DNA of 63,921 bases, counting the filler, from Octopus bimaculoides (Eukaryota): NCBI RefSeq assembly GCF_001194135.2. It is 9 parts of 7 records of this genome, joined end to end, with 100 filler letters (N's around TTAATTAATTAA, not from the genome) between each part and the next. Parts side by side here need not be neighbours in the genome. Positions count along the whole stretch, not along the records: positions 62,632 to 63,921 come from NW_026353539.1; 8 more parts are not named here. One strand, given 5' to 3'. The notes below the pieces were generated by a model, which searched no databases, was not told the DNA's origin, and saw only the letters and a list, made by a program, of their open reading frames with translations. The position numbers were made by a program, and so were the translations under genes. Below are positions 62,986-63,921 of the stretch, in pieces. Numbering within the stretch: position 1 is the first letter of the stretch; the number at the start of each line of letters is the position of its first letter.

Positions 62986-63921
62986 ATATATATGTGTGTG
63001 TGTGTGTGTAGGTATAGTTAGAATATAGATAAGTGTAGTGTGGTGTTACTGTATATGTGAGTTAGAATTTTATTGAGGGTTGTTTTCATTGAAGACTATT
63101 TTCTATTTTTATTTACGTTTTGCGATAACGTAAATGTAACACGGATATAGAGATTTAGTGTAATATAGCGTGGTAATCCTGAGGTATACTTTTGAAGTTT
63201 TTTGCTAGTTTACGCTGAATTGATATAAGATTAAATTTTATTTTTAATTGTGTATATTGGTGTGTGCTAGAGTTTATTAGAGAAAATTTTATTTAAGAAC
63301 ATTATCATTATTATTATTATTATTATTATTATTTTTTTTTTTTTTTTAAGTGTGCTTCTGTTTAACCAGGTTCGTCTAGTTTGAATGTTATAATTAATAA
63401 TTTTTAAAACATTGTTTTCTACGGTATGATTTCTTTATTTCTTTATTTCTTTATTTTGGTGATTATTGCTCTAAGGGTTTTTAAAAAATTTTATAGCGTT
63501 CTAAATTGATCAGTAACTGAATTTTATAATATACAATTTTTAGGTTTGAGTTAATTTGCTGTTTGCTCGTTCCTTGCACATTTGGGATCAACAGTTGTGT
63601 GCCATCTATTAGCTTTTCATCCTGTTTTGTATATTTTCATGGGTCAAATATGAAAATTGGATTTGAATGTTTTCTGTTTTTATTGGATGTGTATTGCTAA
63701 TAATAATGATAATGATAGCAATAATAATGGGACCCTGAGGAGATGGAGTATCCTATATTTTATAATATTTTATAATATTTTATGATATGTATTAATCATT
63801 CTGGATGTTCCATCGAAATGTACATAGGTCAATTTCATTATTATTATTATTGTTGTAATAAAGTATTTTCAACGGATCAGTTTTGAGCTCTATTTAAAGT
63901 TGATATATATATATATATATA

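Overview
Eukaryotic, very AT-rich, microsatellite-saturated draft-assembly DNA with many N gaps. The SINE families and repeat landscape look like an octopus (coleoid cephalopod) genome; this is an inference, not a database result. There is no intact recognisable gene. The window is mostly transposable-element remains: several tRNA-derived SINE families (a CORE-type SINE with an internal microsatellite, a Meta/MESC-domain-like SINE, a (CAA)n-tailed SINE with swapped tails), decayed LINEs (R4/Dong-like RLE element, CR1, RTE), Penelope-like (PLE) fragments, a Gypsy LTR/PBS/gag fragment, three mariner fragments and a CMC (Chapaev-like) transposase end. A few short splice-site-bounded segments may be host exons, but their strand and identity are unresolved. 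The most interesting non-annotated signal is a set of type I hammerhead ribozyme motifs. Two sit divergently in the arms of one foldback element (35.67-35.88 kb), and their substitutions relative to each other all fall at unpaired or variable ribozyme positions. A third, from a different family, is at 38.81-38.87 kb. All three have self-complementary stem III sequences of the dimer-dependent kind known from PLE-associated hammerheads. Four further long foldbacks or palindromes are present. Most element boundaries are approximate (read by eye).
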